A stretch of DNA of 8,825 nt, from assembly GCF_006345805.1 (NCBI RefSeq), contig NW_021828310.1:1-8825 (forward strand), read 5' to 3'. The translations under genes and the position numbers were made by a program. Below the pieces are notes generated by a model. That model did not search any database and was not told the origin of the DNA. It saw nothing but the letters and a program-made list of their open reading frames with translations. The stretch comes from Octopus sinensis (lineage: Eukaryota). Each line of letters starts with the position of its first letter. Positions within the stretch are counted from its first letter, which is position 1. Shown here piece after piece: positions 7,223-8,825 of this stretch.

Positions 7223-7354
7223 GTAAGTTGTTCTGTTTATTGCTTTCTCAAATTTGCCTATTTCTTTATTATTTTATACGCAATTTGAAAACTTCAAACT
7301 AACTACATATATTTCTCCATAATATTTCATTTCTTTCTCCATCTCTTTCCTCTA

Positions 7355-8700
7355 ATTGCCATTAATGTTATAATAAAATTCTTGACCAAGGCAGCGAGTT
7401 GGCAGAATCGTTAGCACGCCGGGTAAAATTCTTAGCAAAATTTTGTCTGTGTTTACGTTCTGAGATCAAATTCCGCCGAGGTCGACTTTTCTTGTCATCC
7501 TTCCTAGGTCGATATATTAAATACTAGTTGCCTACTGCGGTCGGTCTAATCGACTGGCCCCCTCCCCCAAAATGTCAGGCCTTGTGCCTTGAGTAGAAAA
7601 GAATATTATTCTTGACCAAATTTTGAGCATGGCAAAGTAGATGGAATGTGAATGAGAGAGAAACCCATCATCACACACTGCAAGGGAGTATTCTGATATG
7701 AAATTTTCAGATGAGATGAGAGACAAATGGAGTCCGAAGATGGATGGTGACTTTTTAAAGAAATCCTCTTGCCATACACAGACGAAGGTTTTACTGATGT
7801 CAAGGGCTACACCATTTTATGCAGATTTTGTCAAACATATGAAAACACTGGTGTGTCACACAGGTACCAAGCCCCTCTTGATCTGGCTTTATAAGACTGT
7901 ACTGGTGTTCATTGAATAATGAAAGATACCTAAAGGGACAAATATGATGGTTGTTTGTGACTTTTTACTTCATAATTGAAACATTGGAAGTTAGAATGAC
8001 TGGATGGTAGTCACTCGATAAGATATTGTCTGCAGGAATATTGAGCAGGATTTCCCAGTGAGGTCAGTAATACCCATGTGTGGGGGCGCTGTGGGAAAAT
8101 ATTATATGAGGTTATGTATATATGAAACACAAAGAATGTGTACCTGAGTTTAACTGAAGCTATGTATCAACGGTTGGATCAGTAAAGAAAACTAAGTGGT
8201 GAAGCATCAAGTATTCACTTATTCTGGTGAAGGTTCTGTGGTAAGTAGTCACCCATGTCAAGACTAGGATCGATAGGGAAATTTATCTGATCTGGTATTA
8301 ATTAAAACGACATTAATTATGTGTTATATAGAGTCGTAGCAAGGTGAGGGACATTGAGAAATCCTTGGTAAATGAAAAGAAACCATATTTAAAAGGTTTA
8401 AGAATCCCTGGTATAGGACCGTCATGGTTAGGAAGCAGTTGGTAGAATGATTCTGTTAAATTTATAGAGATTCTGTTGGTAGGAGACCAGAAATCTTGGT
8501 TTTAAATTAGGAGTGAAGAGAGCTGACAGATGGTGAAATGCAGAAAGAAGCATCCTTTATTTTCTTGATGACCATCATACCTGTAATTCAATGGTGGGTG
8601 TATGTCTGCCACTTTGTGATGGTAGGTGTTTTCCTCCAGATGATGTTGATATTGTTGTCTAAACAGATGTAATACAGTTGTGTATGAACAACTCACACCT
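7355..8700 (-). mobile_element. ancient degraded LINE relic (CR1/L2/Jockey group): linker plus RT N-terminal half
   Basis: Collinear decayed motifs on the minus strand: NQDFWS (~8501), DYHPVILTS (~8012; cf. NYRPISLTS), HQY..KARSRG (~7905-7880; cf. QYGFRKARSTGD), VALDISKTF.CVW (from 7810; cf. VALDISKAFDRVW), then SIFGLH...AVCDDGFLS up to the PQGS region. Many stops and frameshifts; boundaries are approximate. Confidence 0.75.
7390..7607 (+). mobile_element. full-length tRNA-derived SINE with 12-bp TSD
   Basis: A-box-like TGGCAGAATCG (~7399-7409), B-box-like GAGATCAAATTCC (7462-7474) and a short (ATT) tail. Perfect TSD ATTCTTGACCAA at 7378-7389 and 7608-7619. Confidence 0.9.
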
Positions 8701-8825
8701 TTTAACATTTTGTATGGCTACAAAGTACTAACGAAGCACTTAATTTAAAATGAAGCACTGCCTTATTTATGTTTTTATTCCCCCATCGTTTCCTTTCATT
8801 TGTATCCACTTTTTCACATTTTGAA

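Noticed and set aside
1-8825. CRISPR array or prokaryotic defence system
   Set aside because: There are no regularly spaced repeat-spacer units or operon-like ORFs, and the sequence is eukaryotic with spliceosomal signals.

Overview
This is repeat-dense, AT-rich eukaryotic DNA, most likely from an octopus or other coleoid cephalopod. That assignment is inferred from tRNA-derived SINE families I recognise from memory and from abundant (TA)n/(TG)n microsatellites. Main contents: (1) a young, 5'-truncated RTE-clade LINE on the minus strand (~5440-6882) whose RT frame is broken only by one CGA>TGA stop; (2) an old, degraded CR1/Jockey-group LINE relic (~7355-8700, minus) with a SINE inserted in it, flanked by a 12-bp TSD; (3) short Penelope-like RT and mariner transposase fragments; (4) at least seven SINE copies or fragments; (5) one convincing plus-strand host exon (7140-7222) with an ankyrin-repeat-like peptide, possibly preceded by a non-coding first exon near 3041-3112. 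The most unusual structure is a CpG-rich 68-bp-arm imperfect inverted repeat (3442-3623) inside a ~445-bp segment bounded by a perfect 18-bp direct repeat. Most other ORFs in the track are microsatellite or antisense artefacts. The sequence alone does not demonstrate a new biological system. The hairpin/direct-repeat cassette and the young RTE are the best leads.
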